The notes beneath the pieces were generated by a model. The model was not told where the DNA came from. It saw only the letters and a list, made by a program, of their open reading frames with translations, and did no database searches. 37,371 bases of DNA from a virus. The position numbers and the translations under genes were made by a program. The DNA is taken from the IMG/VR virus record IMGVR_UViG_3300045988_009599. The stretch is one strand, 5' to 3'. The stretch's first letter is position 1; every line of letters begins with the position of its first letter. This document shows, piece after piece, positions 15,090-24,677 of the stretch.

Positions 15090-15649
15090 CAGGTCTCACC
15101 CAACTTTCCCTTGATCCAGGCAACGGCCTCCGCCGCGGTGTCGACGGTCTCGGTCTCGAGCAGCAGCTCGTCGGTCGAATCGTCTGCGAGGAACTCGCCG
15201 GTCGTGGTCGGCGTGTTGAACTGGATGTTCTCGCCCTTGGTCTGATAGCTCAGCGAGGGCGGGCCGAACAGCGCTTTCGGCACCCAGACGCAGGTGTATT
15301 TGGTCACGCCGTCGATCTTATCCGGCGCGTAAAAGCCAACGCCGACATAGTTTGCGATGTCTTTTGCCGAGAATTTCAGATTTTCTTTGCTCGTATCGGA
15401 TGTGCAGCCGTAGAGCATGGCCTGTGCGGCCTTTTTGATGTACTTGACAGCCAGCGAGATCGTTCCGCCGGTGGCAAGCTTGATATACTCGGCAAGCTTG
15501 GATTCCGCGTACAGGCGGCCCTCGGCGAACTTGAGTTCCAGCTGCGCGCTCATGGCGTCGCCGACGTCGGTCGGCTCTGTGTAGGTCACGGTGCCGGACG
15601 TGTTTTTATACTTTCCCGCCCGGATGCCGCGTAAGTCAAAACTAGGCAT
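15089..15649 (-). CDS. Major tail protein (phi13-like family)
   Basis: 186 aa. Position upstream of the chaperones. ...AEGRLYAESKLAEYIKLATGG... resembles phi13-type major tail proteins. Confidence 0.75.
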   Translation of the reverse strand: MPSFDLRGIRAGKYKNTSGTVTYTEPTDVGDAMSAQLELKFAEGRLYAESKLAEYIKLATGGTISLAVKYIKKAAQAMLYGCTSDTSKENLKFSAKDIANYVGVGFYAPDKIDGVTKYTCVWVPKALFGPPSLSYQTKGENIQFNTPTTTGEFLADDSTDELLLETETVDTAAEAVAWIKGKLGET

Positions 15650-16081
15650 TTACAATAGGCCCCTTTCTTTCAGCTTTTGTGTAAGGATCTTTTCGAGCTC
15701 CGCGTTTACGCGCTTCTGCGCGTTTCGGACGCCCTTGGTCCAAAAATAAGTTCCTGTGATCTGCCCGTACTTCTTCGCGCGGCCGTAATTCAAAACAAAA
15801 AGCACGGTCGCCCTGCGCGTTCCGTGCTCGTTTTTGCCGACTGCGGTGATGGAGATGTACGGGTCTCCGTTTTTGTCGCGTTTGATGGTTTTGCGGTATT
15901 TCACGCTGGATGCATATGCCTCGGTCCGGAACCCGCTCGCCTTGACCATTTTTTGCAGTTCCTCAACGATGATGTCACCTGCAGCATATAAAAGCTCCTG
16001 CTGCGTTTCGTCGTCAAAGACGTTGGCCTTTTGTAGCGTTGCCATGAGCTCATCCGTTCCGGAAAACGAGATCTTAGCCAT
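15650..16081 (-). CDS. HK97 gp10-like tail/neck component
   Basis: Internal ATG start (MAKISFSGTDELMATLQK...). 143 aa. The N-terminal extension in the ORF track is R/P/S-rich and was rejected. Confidence 0.65.
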   Translation of the reverse strand: MAKISFSGTDELMATLQKANVFDDETQQELLYAAGDIIVEELQKMVKASGFRTEAYASSVKYRKTIKRDKNGDPYISITAVGKNEHGTRRATVLFVLNYGRAKKYGQITGTYFWTKGVRNAQKRVNAELEKILTQKLKERGLL

Positions 16082-16397
16082 ACTCCGCGCCCTCCGTCTC
16101 GGCGATGAGTGCGATCTGCGTGCGGCCTGTCTCCTTGTCGTAGGTCTCCATGTCGACGGTAGCAATGTAGCCTGCGGCCTCCAGCGCGGCTTTCGTGCGC
16201 TGGAGCAGGTTGGCGGCAAAGCCCTCGGCGAAGATGGAAACGGCGTACTGCACGCCGGTCTCTGCCTCGCCGCCCTCGGCGTAGAGCTGCCCGGACTGGC
16301 CGAGCAGCTGATAGGTGATGTAGGTTTCCTCCGCGCCCTTATAGGGTGGGTGGCAGACCGGAACGCCCAGGCTTGATAGCGCCTCATAGATCATCAT
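16074..16397 (-). CDS. Putative neck / tail-completion protein, 107 aa
   Basis: Position within the head-tail joining block, with overlapping start/stop codons on both sides. Confidence 0.5.
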   Translation of the reverse strand: MMIYEALSSLGVPVCHPPYKGAEETYITYQLLGQSGQLYAEGGEAETGVQYAVSIFAEGFAANLLQRTKAALEAAGYIATVDMETYDKETGRTQIALIAETEGAEYG

Positions 16398-16696
16398 GCG
16401 CCGTCCCTCCGTTTGCAGGTCAGCTCGATTTCCTCTGTTTCCTGCCCGTAGCTGCGGACGACGTCAAAGACGTTCGAGCCGCAGATGAGCTGCTGCTCGC
16501 CGCCGTATTCCGCGCTGTGCATGCGGAAAATTACGTCCGTGCGCTTGCCGGCTTGTGCGGCCTGATAATACTCGGCGCGGTTTACGGACTTGCGGGCAGC
16601 CCAGACGGTGGTTTCTCGCTCGAGCTTTTCCGTCGTCTTGCCTTTTACGATGGGGTAGGAGAACAGGCGCAGCGTGATCTGCGTGTCAAAGATCAC
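16394..16696 (-). CDS. Head closure protein (SPP1 gp16-like), about 100 aa
   Basis: GTG at 16694-16696 lies 8 nt after AGGAGG (MIFDTQITLRLFSYPIVKGK...). Confidence 0.6.
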   Translation of the reverse strand: MIFDTQITLRLFSYPIVKGKTTEKLERETTVWAARKSVNRAEYYQAAQAGKRTDVIFRMHSAEYGGEQQLICGSNVFDVVRSYGQETEEIELTCKRRDGA

Positions 16697-16991
16697 AGCA
16701 AGCACCTCCTGCTCCGCCGCTAGCTTGGACTGCCCTGTAATCGTCGGACAGCCCCATAGCGTCGCGGATATCTGCAAAGCAGGTCTTCCATTCCTCGCCC
16801 CGGCCGCAGAAATCATGCTGCCAGCGGACGTATGCGCGGACGGCGTCTTTGACCAGCGGATCTTCGTCCGCTCCCTCTGCGCCCGCAAGGTGCAGGCGCA
16901 GGAGGCAGGCGTCGATCTCGTCGGCGAGCTCATCGTCAAGGGCGTTGGTGGTCAGCCGCAGGGCGGTTTTTGCAACGTTGATCAAAGCCAT
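16686..16991 (-). CDS. Head-tail connector (gp6-like) protein
   Basis: 101 aa. GGAGGG RBS. Lies immediately downstream of the capsid gene. Confidence 0.65.
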   Translation of the reverse strand: MALINVAKTALRLTTNALDDELADEIDACLLRLHLAGAEGADEDPLVKDAVRAYVRWQHDFCGRGEEWKTCFADIRDAMGLSDDYRAVQASGGAGGACCDL

Positions 16992-17021
16992 TGGTTATCC
17001 CTCCCTGTTGGCCGCGCGCCG

Positions 17022-18233
17022 TCAGGCCTTCTTCTTGGTCAGCGTGACGAGGCTGTTGACGTCGACGCACTTGCCGTCGGCCAGCGCGACGGCCACAGTC
17101 ACCTTGTCGTCGGTCTTCTCGTCGGTGTAGGAGCGGAACGTCATGCCAAGGTTCTCGTTCCAGAGGTAGTCCTTGAAGTCGAAGATAAAGGCGAAGATCG
17201 TGTCCGCCGTCACCGTCGCGGTGAAGGTCGGCAGGTAGTCGCCGACGAGGACGATCTCGCGGCCAAAGATGGAATAGATCGGCTTGCCGTTCAGGCCGTA
17301 GTTCACGCGCGCGACCGGCTGTTTGTTGTCGTCTACCATGCCGACGATCTGCTGCATGAACGTCTTCTTGCTCATGCACCAGACAGCGCCGGCGTCGTAG
17401 GCCTGCGGCAGGGCGGCTTCCGCGTCGACAAGGTCCTTGTAAGTCAGGGCCGTGGCCGCGGCGGCGATATCGATGTTCTGGCCGGTCGCGACGGTCTCCT
17501 TCAGGATGCCCTTTGGCTGGCCAGAACCGGAGCCGTCAATGACGCTCTTTTCCTCGGCCTTAACAACAGCCTCGGCGACGTTTGCGACGAACTGCTGTTC
17601 GAACATCGGGTAGGTCGTAATCGTCACCTCTAGCGACATGCGGATCGCGCAGCGGAGCTTGTAGTAGCCGAAGGTGATGGAGCCTAGCACCTTCTTCTGC
17701 GTGTCGGAGCCTTCGCCCTCGGATACCCACGTCGCGGTCGGCTTGGCCGAGCTGGTCGGCACGCTGACACCGCCCTGATAGGAGGTGCGCGTGACGCGCG
17801 GCAGAATCATACCGGTCGCTTCGATCTTCTCGTAGATCTTCTGGAGCGTTGTGGTCGGGATGGCCGCGCCGGTGTCGGTCGTCTTGGTGTTGGCGTCCAC
17901 GTTCGTGAGTTCGGCCGGAATGGGCTTGCCAGCCAGCACGAGGTTCATGAACGCATTCTTGTACTCGTCGGTGTCGAAGCGGTTCACGATGGTCTGCTGC
18001 TTGGCGCTGCCGGTCATGACGATGGTCTGCGGGTCTGCTGCCGGTGCGGCGATCTTCACGCCCACGAGTGCGTTGAGGTTCGCCTGGATCTTGGCTTCCT
18101 CCTCAAACTTGGCGTCGAGGGCCTCGACTTCTTTCATCTTGGCCTGTGCCTCTGCGGTCTTGCCTTCGTCCAGCAGCTTCTGGGCTTCGTCCATGAGCTT
18201 CTGGCGCTTGGTGTTGTAAAATTCCTTTGTCAT
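17022..18233 (-). CDS. Major capsid protein, HK97 family
   Basis: Starts at the internal ATG (MTKEFYNTKRQKLMDEAQKLLDEGK...), 403 aa. N-terminal delta-domain-like coiled coil. Follows the protease gene. Confidence 0.9.
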   Translation of the reverse strand: MTKEFYNTKRQKLMDEAQKLLDEGKTAEAQAKMKEVEALDAKFEEEAKIQANLNALVGVKIAAPAADPQTIVMTGSAKQQTIVNRFDTDEYKNAFMNLVLAGKPIPAELTNVDANTKTTDTGAAIPTTTLQKIYEKIEATGMILPRVTRTSYQGGVSVPTSSAKPTATWVSEGEGSDTQKKVLGSITFGYYKLRCAIRMSLEVTITTYPMFEQQFVANVAEAVVKAEEKSVIDGSGSGQPKGILKETVATGQNIDIAAAATALTYKDLVDAEAALPQAYDAGAVWCMSKKTFMQQIVGMVDDNKQPVARVNYGLNGKPIYSIFGREIVLVGDYLPTFTATVTADTIFAFIFDFKDYLWNENLGMTFRSYTDEKTDDKVTVAVALADGKCVDVNSLVTLTKKKA

Positions 18234-18925
18234 TTCAATTCTCCTTTGAGTGTTAAAAATTTCATTTTTGCTTCTGCTGCCGCCCGGTCGGGCGTAAAAA
18301 AACCAGGCATTCCGGCCTGATCTTTTATCATGTTTTCTGCGCGCCGCAGCGCGTCCTCGCTGAGCATGCCGGCGCAAAAGTCCGCCGTCAGCGGCTTCCT
18401 GTCGTTGTCCAGCTCCATCACTTTGTCGACGAGGCCAAGTTCTACGGCCCGCTCGGCCGTTACCCACGTCTCCTCGTCCATCATGGCGGCGATCTCCGCT
18501 TCCGGCCTGCCGGTCTTGGCGACGTAGGCCGAGATAATGGCGAGGTTGGCGTCGCGCAGGACACCGGCGGTGTGCTCCATCTGGCGGTAGTCGCCGTCGG
18601 CTCTGGACTTGACGTTGTGGATCATCATCATGCCGGTCGGCGTCATCTCCGACTCGCCCGCCATAGCGATGATGGACGCGGCCGAGGCCGCGAGGCCGAC
18701 GATGCGGATGTGGACGCCGCCCGCGTAATTGCGCAGGGCGGTGTAGATCTCGCTTGCGGCGAAGATCTCGCCGCCGCCGGAATTGATCTCGACCTCTGCC
18801 CGCTCACCGTTTCCGGATGCAAGCGCGTCGGCTACGGATTTAGGGCTCGTCGCCTCCATGCCGTACCACTGATAAAAGCGGTGCTGGTTGCTGGACACGA
18901 TGGGCCCGCGAATGCTGATCTTCAT
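18230..18925 (-). CDS. Prohead maturation protease, ClpP-like (S14)
   Basis: 231 aa. INSGGGEIFAASEIY...GLAASAASIIAMAG...MMIHN resembles ClpP motifs. Confidence 0.85.
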   Translation of the reverse strand: MKISIRGPIVSSNQHRFYQWYGMEATSPKSVADALASGNGERAEVEINSGGGEIFAASEIYTALRNYAGGVHIRIVGLAASAASIIAMAGESEMTPTGMMMIHNVKSRADGDYRQMEHTAGVLRDANLAIISAYVAKTGRPEAEIAAMMDEETWVTAERAVELGLVDKVMELDNDRKPLTADFCAGMLSEDALRRAENMIKDQAGMPGFFTPDRAAAEAKMKFLTLKGELK

Positions 18926-20115
18926 GCGGTTTCATCTCCCTTCTTGGTGGTATTCTGATTGACCGGCTGCGTATCGAGCCTCCGGATTGGCTTGTCGCCG
19001 CCGTCGACCGGCGCGAGGTTAAAGGCGCGACGCCATTCGTTCGGCGTCAGCGCGCCGCGGTCGACCATCTGCAGGAGGTTGAGCTTGGTCGAGGTCGACG
19101 CGAAGTCCCACGCGGACGCCTCAAAGACGATGCGGTTGCCGCAGCCACGCTCGCGGCGGGAGAAGAGCTTGCGGGTGTACTCGCCGCTCAGCTGCTTCAA
19201 AACCGGCTCGATCTCGGCGTCAAAATAGGCGTTCTGCTCATCCTCCGTGGCAATGGACGTGACGATGTGCGGGTTGGTGTTGAACAGGGCGTAGATGCGC
19301 TGCGTGGTCTTATCCATCTGGGCGGCGTTCGGGACGTAGTCCTTGGGGTCGATCTGCTTGGCCTCGGCCTTTGCGTCGACGGCCGCGACGCCCGTGCCGT
19401 TGGAAACATTGAGGAAGCTGTCGGCAAAGTCCTGCGCGCGCTTCTTGATATCCTCCGCGCGCATGGAGGATGCGAACATCAGGAGCCATCGGATGACGGC
19501 GCTATTCCGGATGGCCTTGACGATGCCCTGATCCGTCGTGGTGACGATCTCCATGAGCGGCACGATGGCCGGGGCGATGGGGTCGCCGAAGATGTCGTTC
19601 TCGTAAAAGTCTCCGCGCAGGTGGATGATGTCGTCATAGGCAAACGTCAGCACATTGCCGTTCTGCATGTAAAATTTCAGGTACAGGTTCCCGCCCGCGT
19701 CGTAGACCGCGTCGGCCTGCATGGCCGCGACCGGGAAAATGGCGTTCGGCAGGCCGTTTTCATCCCGGAGGATGACCGCGAAGGCGTTGTTGTTGAGTAC
19801 CAGCTGCGCGGCCAGCTTCTCCTGCAGCATCTGGCCGGTCATGTACTGGTTCGGCTCTTCGAGCAGGAAGCGGATGTACGGCTCCGGATTTACGGCGATC
19901 TTCCGCGTCTGGGCGGTGATGGTCTCCCGGATGTGCTTGGCCGTCAGCTTGCCGATGGCCTTGATCTTTGGCCGGATGCAGGCGCGGACGATATCGGACT
20001 GATACATTTTGCCGTTGTAGCTGTAAAAGCCATTCCCGCGCTCCTGCACCATCTGGACGGTCGAGACGCGCTTCGTCGTCGTGATATTGGTCCAGAGGTT
20101 TTTCAAAAATCCCAT
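18922..20115 (-). CDS. Portal protein, HK97 family
   Basis: 397 aa. Position between TerL and the protease. Confidence 0.85.
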   Translation of the reverse strand: MGFLKNLWTNITTTKRVSTVQMVQERGNGFYSYNGKMYQSDIVRACIRPKIKAIGKLTAKHIRETITAQTRKIAVNPEPYIRFLLEEPNQYMTGQMLQEKLAAQLVLNNNAFAVILRDENGLPNAIFPVAAMQADAVYDAGGNLYLKFYMQNGNVLTFAYDDIIHLRGDFYENDIFGDPIAPAIVPLMEIVTTTDQGIVKAIRNSAVIRWLLMFASSMRAEDIKKRAQDFADSFLNVSNGTGVAAVDAKAEAKQIDPKDYVPNAAQMDKTTQRIYALFNTNPHIVTSIATEDEQNAYFDAEIEPVLKQLSGEYTRKLFSRRERGCGNRIVFEASAWDFASTSTKLNLLQMVDRGALTPNEWRRAFNLAPVDGGDKPIRRLDTQPVNQNTTKKGDETA

Positions 20116-20125
20116 GTTGTCACTC

Positions 20126-21883
20126 CTAGAGCATACTGGTGTATTCCGCCTGCTTCTGATCGTAGATCGTGTAGGCGTCGAGCAGGGCCGCCGTGCCGTC
20201 GATGCGGCGGGTTGACTTGCTCGTCTTGTGCGGCTGGATGTTGCCGTTTTTGTCCTCGTCGTAGGCGGTGTTTGCGAGGTTCCATTTGTCGATCGGGTGG
20301 TTGTTGTAGACGATCCGCTTGGATTCCAGGTCGTTGCCGCAGCGCTTCATGGGCTCGGACAGGGTCTTGACGCCCTGATGCACGGGGATCATGGCCTCGG
20401 CCCCGAAATAGTCCGCCATACTGTCGACCCAGTAGGTCGCGGACCAGGCGTCGTAGCCGAAGAACGGCAGGAAAATATCGAGGTCTTCCTGGACCTCGAC
20501 AAACCAGGCTTTGACGTCCTCATAGCGGATCTTGTTGCCCTCGGACAGGCGGAGCAGCCCGCGCTCGTGCCACTTGTCATAGGGGATCTTGTCCTCCGTG
20601 ACGCGCTTTTCCAAAAGGTCCTGCGGCAGCCAGTACATCTGCAGCACAAACAGGATCTCCGGCAGCTCCGGCACCTGGAACAGGACCTTCGCCGCCGTCA
20701 GGTCGGTGGTCTTGGACAGATCCGCGCCGCCGATGCCGTAGCGCGGGTAGGACAGGACGCGCTCCTGCACATTCCCGTCCGCCATGTAATGCTGCCAGAT
20801 CAGGCGGCGGTTTTCCCGGTCGAGCTGGAAGGTGTCGCGGTTGTCCAGCTGTTCAAAGTTGAGCCAGGCTTCGCTGGAGGTCTCGCGGATGTTGAAATCC
20901 TTGCAGACGAGGTTGCGGACGAGGGCCGGGTTTTTCTCCGCCCGCTCGACCCGCTCTTTGAGGGCCGTGTAGGACTTGATCGTCCCGAGGCCCGGATTTG
21001 CCTTTTTCCAGCAGCCCGGATCCGTCCACTCGCTGCGCTTGTCAAGCTCGTAAATAAACGCGATCCGGCGCGGATCATGATACCCGTCCGGATCTTCGTA
21101 GCCGTTTATTATGCGCTCGGCTTCTTCGTACTTCTCGTCGTAGATATCCTCGCGGATGGTGCCCGCGGTGGAGGTGATAAAGATCAGCGGCTGCTCGCGT
21201 GCCGTGACGCCGTCGGCGGTAATGTCGTACAGGGCGCGCCCGTTTTTCCACTGGTGCAGCTCGTCCATCATGGCCCCGTGGATGTTTAGGCCGTCTAAGG
21301 TGTCGCTGTCAGAGGCCAGCGGCTTGAAAACGCCGTCGTTGTAGTCGCTGTCTATCTCGCCGACCAAGCAGCGCGTCCGTTTGCACAGCGCCGGGGACTT
21401 CTTGACCATCCGCTTTGCTTCCTGCCAGATGATCTTCGCCTGGTCTCGCTTGGTTGCCACGGCGTAGACCTCCGGGCCCGCTTCCCCGTCCGCCATCTGC
21501 AGGTACAGGCCGACGCCGGAGGCCAGCAGCGACTTGCCGTTCTTCTTGCCGACAATCAGGATCGCTTCTCTGTATTGTCGGTTGCCCTCGATGTCGATAA
21601 AACCAAAGACGGTCGCCAGCAGTGCCTTTTCCCAGAGCTCCAGCTTGACGAGCTGGCCGCCGGCCTTGCCCTTGGAGTGGTGGCAGTAGTTCTCAAAAAA
21701 TTCGAGGACGTGGTTGGCCCGGCGCGGCGAGTAGTAAAACTCGGAATCTGTGTTTTCCAGCTGCTCCACGACGTGCCGGTATGTCTTCTGGACTTTCAGG
21801 CTGACGACCTCGCGGCCGTCCTGGATGGCTTGCCAGTATTCGAGGATGGGGTTGTAGGTTTCCGGGTAGCGCGTGAGCTTCAT
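20126..21883 (-). CDS. terL: Terminase large subunit
   Basis: 585 aa. Walker-A-like VGKKNGKS and a C-terminal nuclease half. Lies downstream of the small subunit. Confidence 0.9.
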   Translation of the reverse strand: MKLTRYPETYNPILEYWQAIQDGREVVSLKVQKTYRHVVEQLENTDSEFYYSPRRANHVLEFFENYCHHSKGKAGGQLVKLELWEKALLATVFGFIDIEGNRQYREAILIVGKKNGKSLLASGVGLYLQMADGEAGPEVYAVATKRDQAKIIWQEAKRMVKKSPALCKRTRCLVGEIDSDYNDGVFKPLASDSDTLDGLNIHGAMMDELHQWKNGRALYDITADGVTAREQPLIFITSTAGTIREDIYDEKYEEAERIINGYEDPDGYHDPRRIAFIYELDKRSEWTDPGCWKKANPGLGTIKSYTALKERVERAEKNPALVRNLVCKDFNIRETSSEAWLNFEQLDNRDTFQLDRENRRLIWQHYMADGNVQERVLSYPRYGIGGADLSKTTDLTAAKVLFQVPELPEILFVLQMYWLPQDLLEKRVTEDKIPYDKWHERGLLRLSEGNKIRYEDVKAWFVEVQEDLDIFLPFFGYDAWSATYWVDSMADYFGAEAMIPVHQGVKTLSEPMKRCGNDLESKRIVYNNHPIDKWNLANTAYDEDKNGNIQPHKTSKSTRRIDGTAALLDAYTIYDQKQAEYTSML

Positions 21884-22260
21884 ACCTCGTCACGCTCCCG
21901 GACGAAGCTGCCGAAGCCGTCGTCCTCCTGCTTCGGCGCGGTGTCCGGCTTCGGCAGGAGCGCCGTGAGCTGCTTGATGATCTTCTGGTAGTTCGCGTTG
22001 GTAGAGTTGTACGCCTGGCCGATGGGACGGGCGCGGTCATAGGGGTCGAGCCGCTCCGACTGGCGGAATGGCTCGGTCCAGCCGTTTTCCCGCAGGTCCT
22101 CGGCCATGTCCTCGCACTCGACGCGCATGAAGGCCGCCTGATCGATGAGCCCGGCGACGGTCCCGGCCGCTTCCTTCGGCAGGAGCTTGTAGATCCGCCG
22201 GAGTCTGGCTTTCTCGGCGCGGATGCGCTGTTCTTTCGTTTTTTCCGTCTGATTCGCCAC
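21880..22260 (-). CDS. Putative terminase small subunit, 126 aa
   Basis: GTG at 22258-22260 lies 8 nt after AAGGAG. ATGA-type overlap with terL. The ORF-track 288-aa extension is R/P-rich and was rejected. Confidence 0.55.
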   Translation of the reverse strand: MANQTEKTKEQRIRAEKARLRRIYKLLPKEAAGTVAGLIDQAAFMRVECEDMAEDLRENGWTEPFRQSERLDPYDRARPIGQAYNSTNANYQKIIKQLTALLPKPDTAPKQEDDGFGSFVRERDEV

Positions 22261-22391
22261 AAAAAACAGCTCCTTTCCGCGTGATTTTTGCCATCCTTCC
22301 GCGCGTGCGCGTGGATTACTTATCGCCGCGCTTTTGTAGGGGGGCCTCGCGAACGGCCTGCGTATTCTTCCGAGGTAGGGCGTGCGGTGAT

Positions 22392-22724
22392 CTAGCCGGC
22401 GCCCCGGCCTCGCGCGACGGGGGGGATCGGGTCGCCGGCAGCGTCGAAGAAAATTTTTTGCGTCAGAGATTTTGCGACGCCGTGACCGTCGAACTGATCG
22501 TGACAGTCTTTGCAGACGTACTCGAGGTTGGAGTATGACAGGCTGACGTCCGGGTCGGTGATGTTGTCCGGCGTGAGCGCCCGCTTGTGATGGACAATGT
22601 AGCCCGGTTTGTCCCGGCACTCTTCGCAGAGCCCGCCGTCGATGGTCCGGCGGAACTTGATATACCCGGCGCGGCATTTCTTCCAGCGCGCGGATGCGTA
22701 AAAGCGCGCGGCCCATGGCTGCAT
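22392..22724 (-). CDS. HNH endonuclease (packaging-associated)
   Basis: 110 aa. C-x2-C ... HHKRALTP ... N ... C-x2-CH layout. Lies adjacent to the terminase genes. Confidence 0.85.
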   Translation of the reverse strand: MQPWAARFYASARWKKCRAGYIKFRRTIDGGLCEECRDKPGYIVHHKRALTPDNITDPDVSLSYSNLEYVCKDCHDQFDGHGVAKSLTQKIFFDAAGDPIPPVARGRGAG

Positions 22725-22782
22725 CCTGTTCCCTCCAATTCTTCACGCTATCACCATAGCACGTTTTTTTGGCTTTGTTAGC

Positions 22783-23193
22783 TCATCTTTCCCGATAGCC
22801 CAGCTCCCGGGCAGCCGCATAGACGAACCTTCCCCGCATGCGCTTGGCCGTCGATGCGCTCACATGCACGCGCCTGGCCGCGGACTCGATGCTCTCCCGA
22901 GGCCATCCCCACATGCTCAGGCGCACGATCTCCAGCACGTCGGCTCCGTCGCGCCATGTCCGCGCCGTGTCCACTGCTGCGCGGACGGCAGCATAGTCTG
23001 CATACTCCCGCGATGAGAGGACGCGCACGGCGATATCTTCGACGGCCCGGCTGGACGATCTTCCGCCGGCCGAAGTAGAATAGCCCGGCGTGATCTTCTG
23101 CCCGCTCATATCCCGAACCTGCTGTTCCAGTTTCGGGTATTCGCTGATCGTTCGGCAGACATTGCCGTACCACCAGTATCTCGGCTTTGACAC
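22783..23193 (-). CDS. Late-gene transcriptional activator (RinA/ArpU-like, sigma-70 region-4-like HTH)
   Basis: 136 aa. C-terminal HTH ESIESAARRVHVSASTAKRMRGRFVYAAARELGY. Lies at the head of the packaging operon. Confidence 0.65.
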   Translation of the reverse strand: MSKPRYWWYGNVCRTISEYPKLEQQVRDMSGQKITPGYSTSAGGRSSSRAVEDIAVRVLSSREYADYAAVRAAVDTARTWRDGADVLEIVRLSMWGWPRESIESAARRVHVSASTAKRMRGRFVYAAARELGYRER

Positions 23194-23245
23194 TTTTCCA
23201 TCTCCTTTCCGTCTTTGGTCTCAAAACGCTACACATTTACAAGGC

Positions 23246-24013
23246 TTAAATAAGGCGGCTCCCGGTCCGCTTGCGTTCTTCTTTTGGATCTCTTACATAT
23301 TTATATATCTGTAAGCCGTACTGCGTGGTACGGGCCTCGACGAGGATATAGCCTCGCGGAGCGACCGGCGGGTGCTTGGGGCTGTACTCGCGCACGGCTT
23401 CGGTCGCAGGCTCCGGCTCCGGCCTGACGCAGTTGCGGCTCGCTTTCCATCGGTGGCCGCCGAACTCCTTGCGCCAGTGGCCGTGCAGATAGTTGGCCAG
23501 CGCCGTGTAGTCCTGCCCGTGGTCGACCTTGTTTCCGTTTTCGTCTAAGTAATAGTTGCGCCTCCGCAGCGGCTTGCAGTCGATCACGCTGCCATATCCC
23601 CACAGCTTGCCGATTGCCTCCGGCGGAATGCCATCCGAGATCATGTGCAGGTGGAATCTGCTGGTTGATTTCCCCTGGCCGTAAACCACAACGATCTTTG
23701 CATCAGGGTAATTATATGTAAGGCGGCGATAATACCGGTCCCGGAGCTTTCGCATCTCGGCGGCGGTATGTACCTCATTCTCCGTATCGAGCGTCAGTGT
23801 GGAGTAATAAGATGTTGGTCCGAAGTTGGCATTGACCAGCGTTTCCAGGCGGCTGGCTGAGACTTTGCCGTTAAACTCGTCGCGCTCTGCCTTCGTCTGA
23901 AAGCGCGGCCTGCGCGGCTTGCTGGCCTTGATCTCCGTGCCGTCCGCGACGGTATACACGATCTGCTTGCATACATGCCCGGCAAATATCCGGCGTTTAC
24001 ATCTCTTTACCAT
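23246..24013 (-). CDS. HUH-superfamily rolling-circle Rep-like protein, 255 aa
   Basis: Internal ATG at 24011-24013 has a GGATGGAG RBS. Three motifs are spaced as in RCR Reps: YSTLTLD (motif I-like), RFHLHMI (HUH), ALANYLHGH (Tyr motif candidate). Confidence 0.55.
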   Translation of the reverse strand: MVKRCKRRIFAGHVCKQIVYTVADGTEIKASKPRRPRFQTKAERDEFNGKVSASRLETLVNANFGPTSYYSTLTLDTENEVHTAAEMRKLRDRYYRRLTYNYPDAKIVVVYGQGKSTSRFHLHMISDGIPPEAIGKLWGYGSVIDCKPLRRRNYYLDENGNKVDHGQDYTALANYLHGHWRKEFGGHRWKASRNCVRPEPEPATEAVREYSPKHPPVAPRGYILVEARTTQYGLQIYKYVRDPKEERKRTGSRLI

Positions 24014-24026
24014 ACTCCATCCTCTT

Positions 24027-24677
24027 TTATACAAATAGTGATAGCTGCGCCGTATGCGCGGCGAAGCGCTCCTCTTGTGCTGCAAAATAATCCTTATCGA
24101 TCTCGCACCCCACGAAATCCAGCCCTGCGTCATACGCCGCGATCCGACTGCTCCCGCTCCCGAGGTGTGTATCGAGGATCTTATCTCCAGGTTTTGCGTA
24201 CCGAGCGAAGATCCACGCATAGAGTGCAATGGGCTTTTGCGTTGGGTGAATACGTATCTCCTTGTTTTTTACACTCTCTTGCAGCATCCCTTGCCAGCGA
24301 TATTTGAATTTTCTGACCGCCGACTTGAATGATGTGTACGCAAGTTCGCAATCCGCGAAGTAGTTATCGCCGTTGTCTTTGTCCCACACGATCCAGCATG
24401 GGCTGTCTTTTTGCGTAATCTTCGACATAAAATAGTTGGCGCCAAATATAACCTGATTTTTGGATACTCTTTCGAGCTCCTCAAAGTATCCTTTCTCCGG
24501 CGGCTGCTTGTCCCAATCTTTTTTTGTAAAATTAGTGTTTTTTGCCAGGACGCTCCCGCCTATTACTCCGCCGTCCATCCCGATCCCATATGGAGGATCG
24601 ACAACCGCAAGATCAAACGTCTTGTCCTGTAGCGTCCGCATATACTCCATACAGTCCATGTTGTACGCAATGTTCAT
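24027..24677 (-). CDS. Orphan DNA methyltransferase, beta-class N6-adenine/N4-cytosine type (DPPY)
   Basis: 216 aa. Motif order VVDPPYG ... HPTQKP ... DTHLGSGSS. No restriction endonuclease gene is nearby. Confidence 0.85.
   Translation of the reverse strand: MNIAYNMDCMEYMRTLQDKTFDLAVVDPPYGIGMDGGVIGGSVLAKNTNFTKKDWDKQPPEKGYFEELERVSKNQVIFGANYFMSKITQKDSPCWIVWDKDNGDNYFADCELAYTSFKSAVRKFKYRWQGMLQESVKNKEIRIHPTQKPIALYAWIFARYAKPGDKILDTHLGSGSSRIAAYDAGLDFVGCEIDKDYFAAQEERFAAHTAQLSLFV

Noticed and set aside
21880-22746. The long N-terminal extensions offered by the ORF track for the TerS gene. The same applies to 17022-18467, 15650-16387, 16394-16939, 23246-24229, 9602-10711, 25537-25947, 32224-32541 and 32463-32810.
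   Set aside because: The extensions are R/P/S/G-rich, overlap the preceding genes extensively and lack an RBS. Internal ATG/GTG/TTG starts with GGAGG-type sites give products of normal size.
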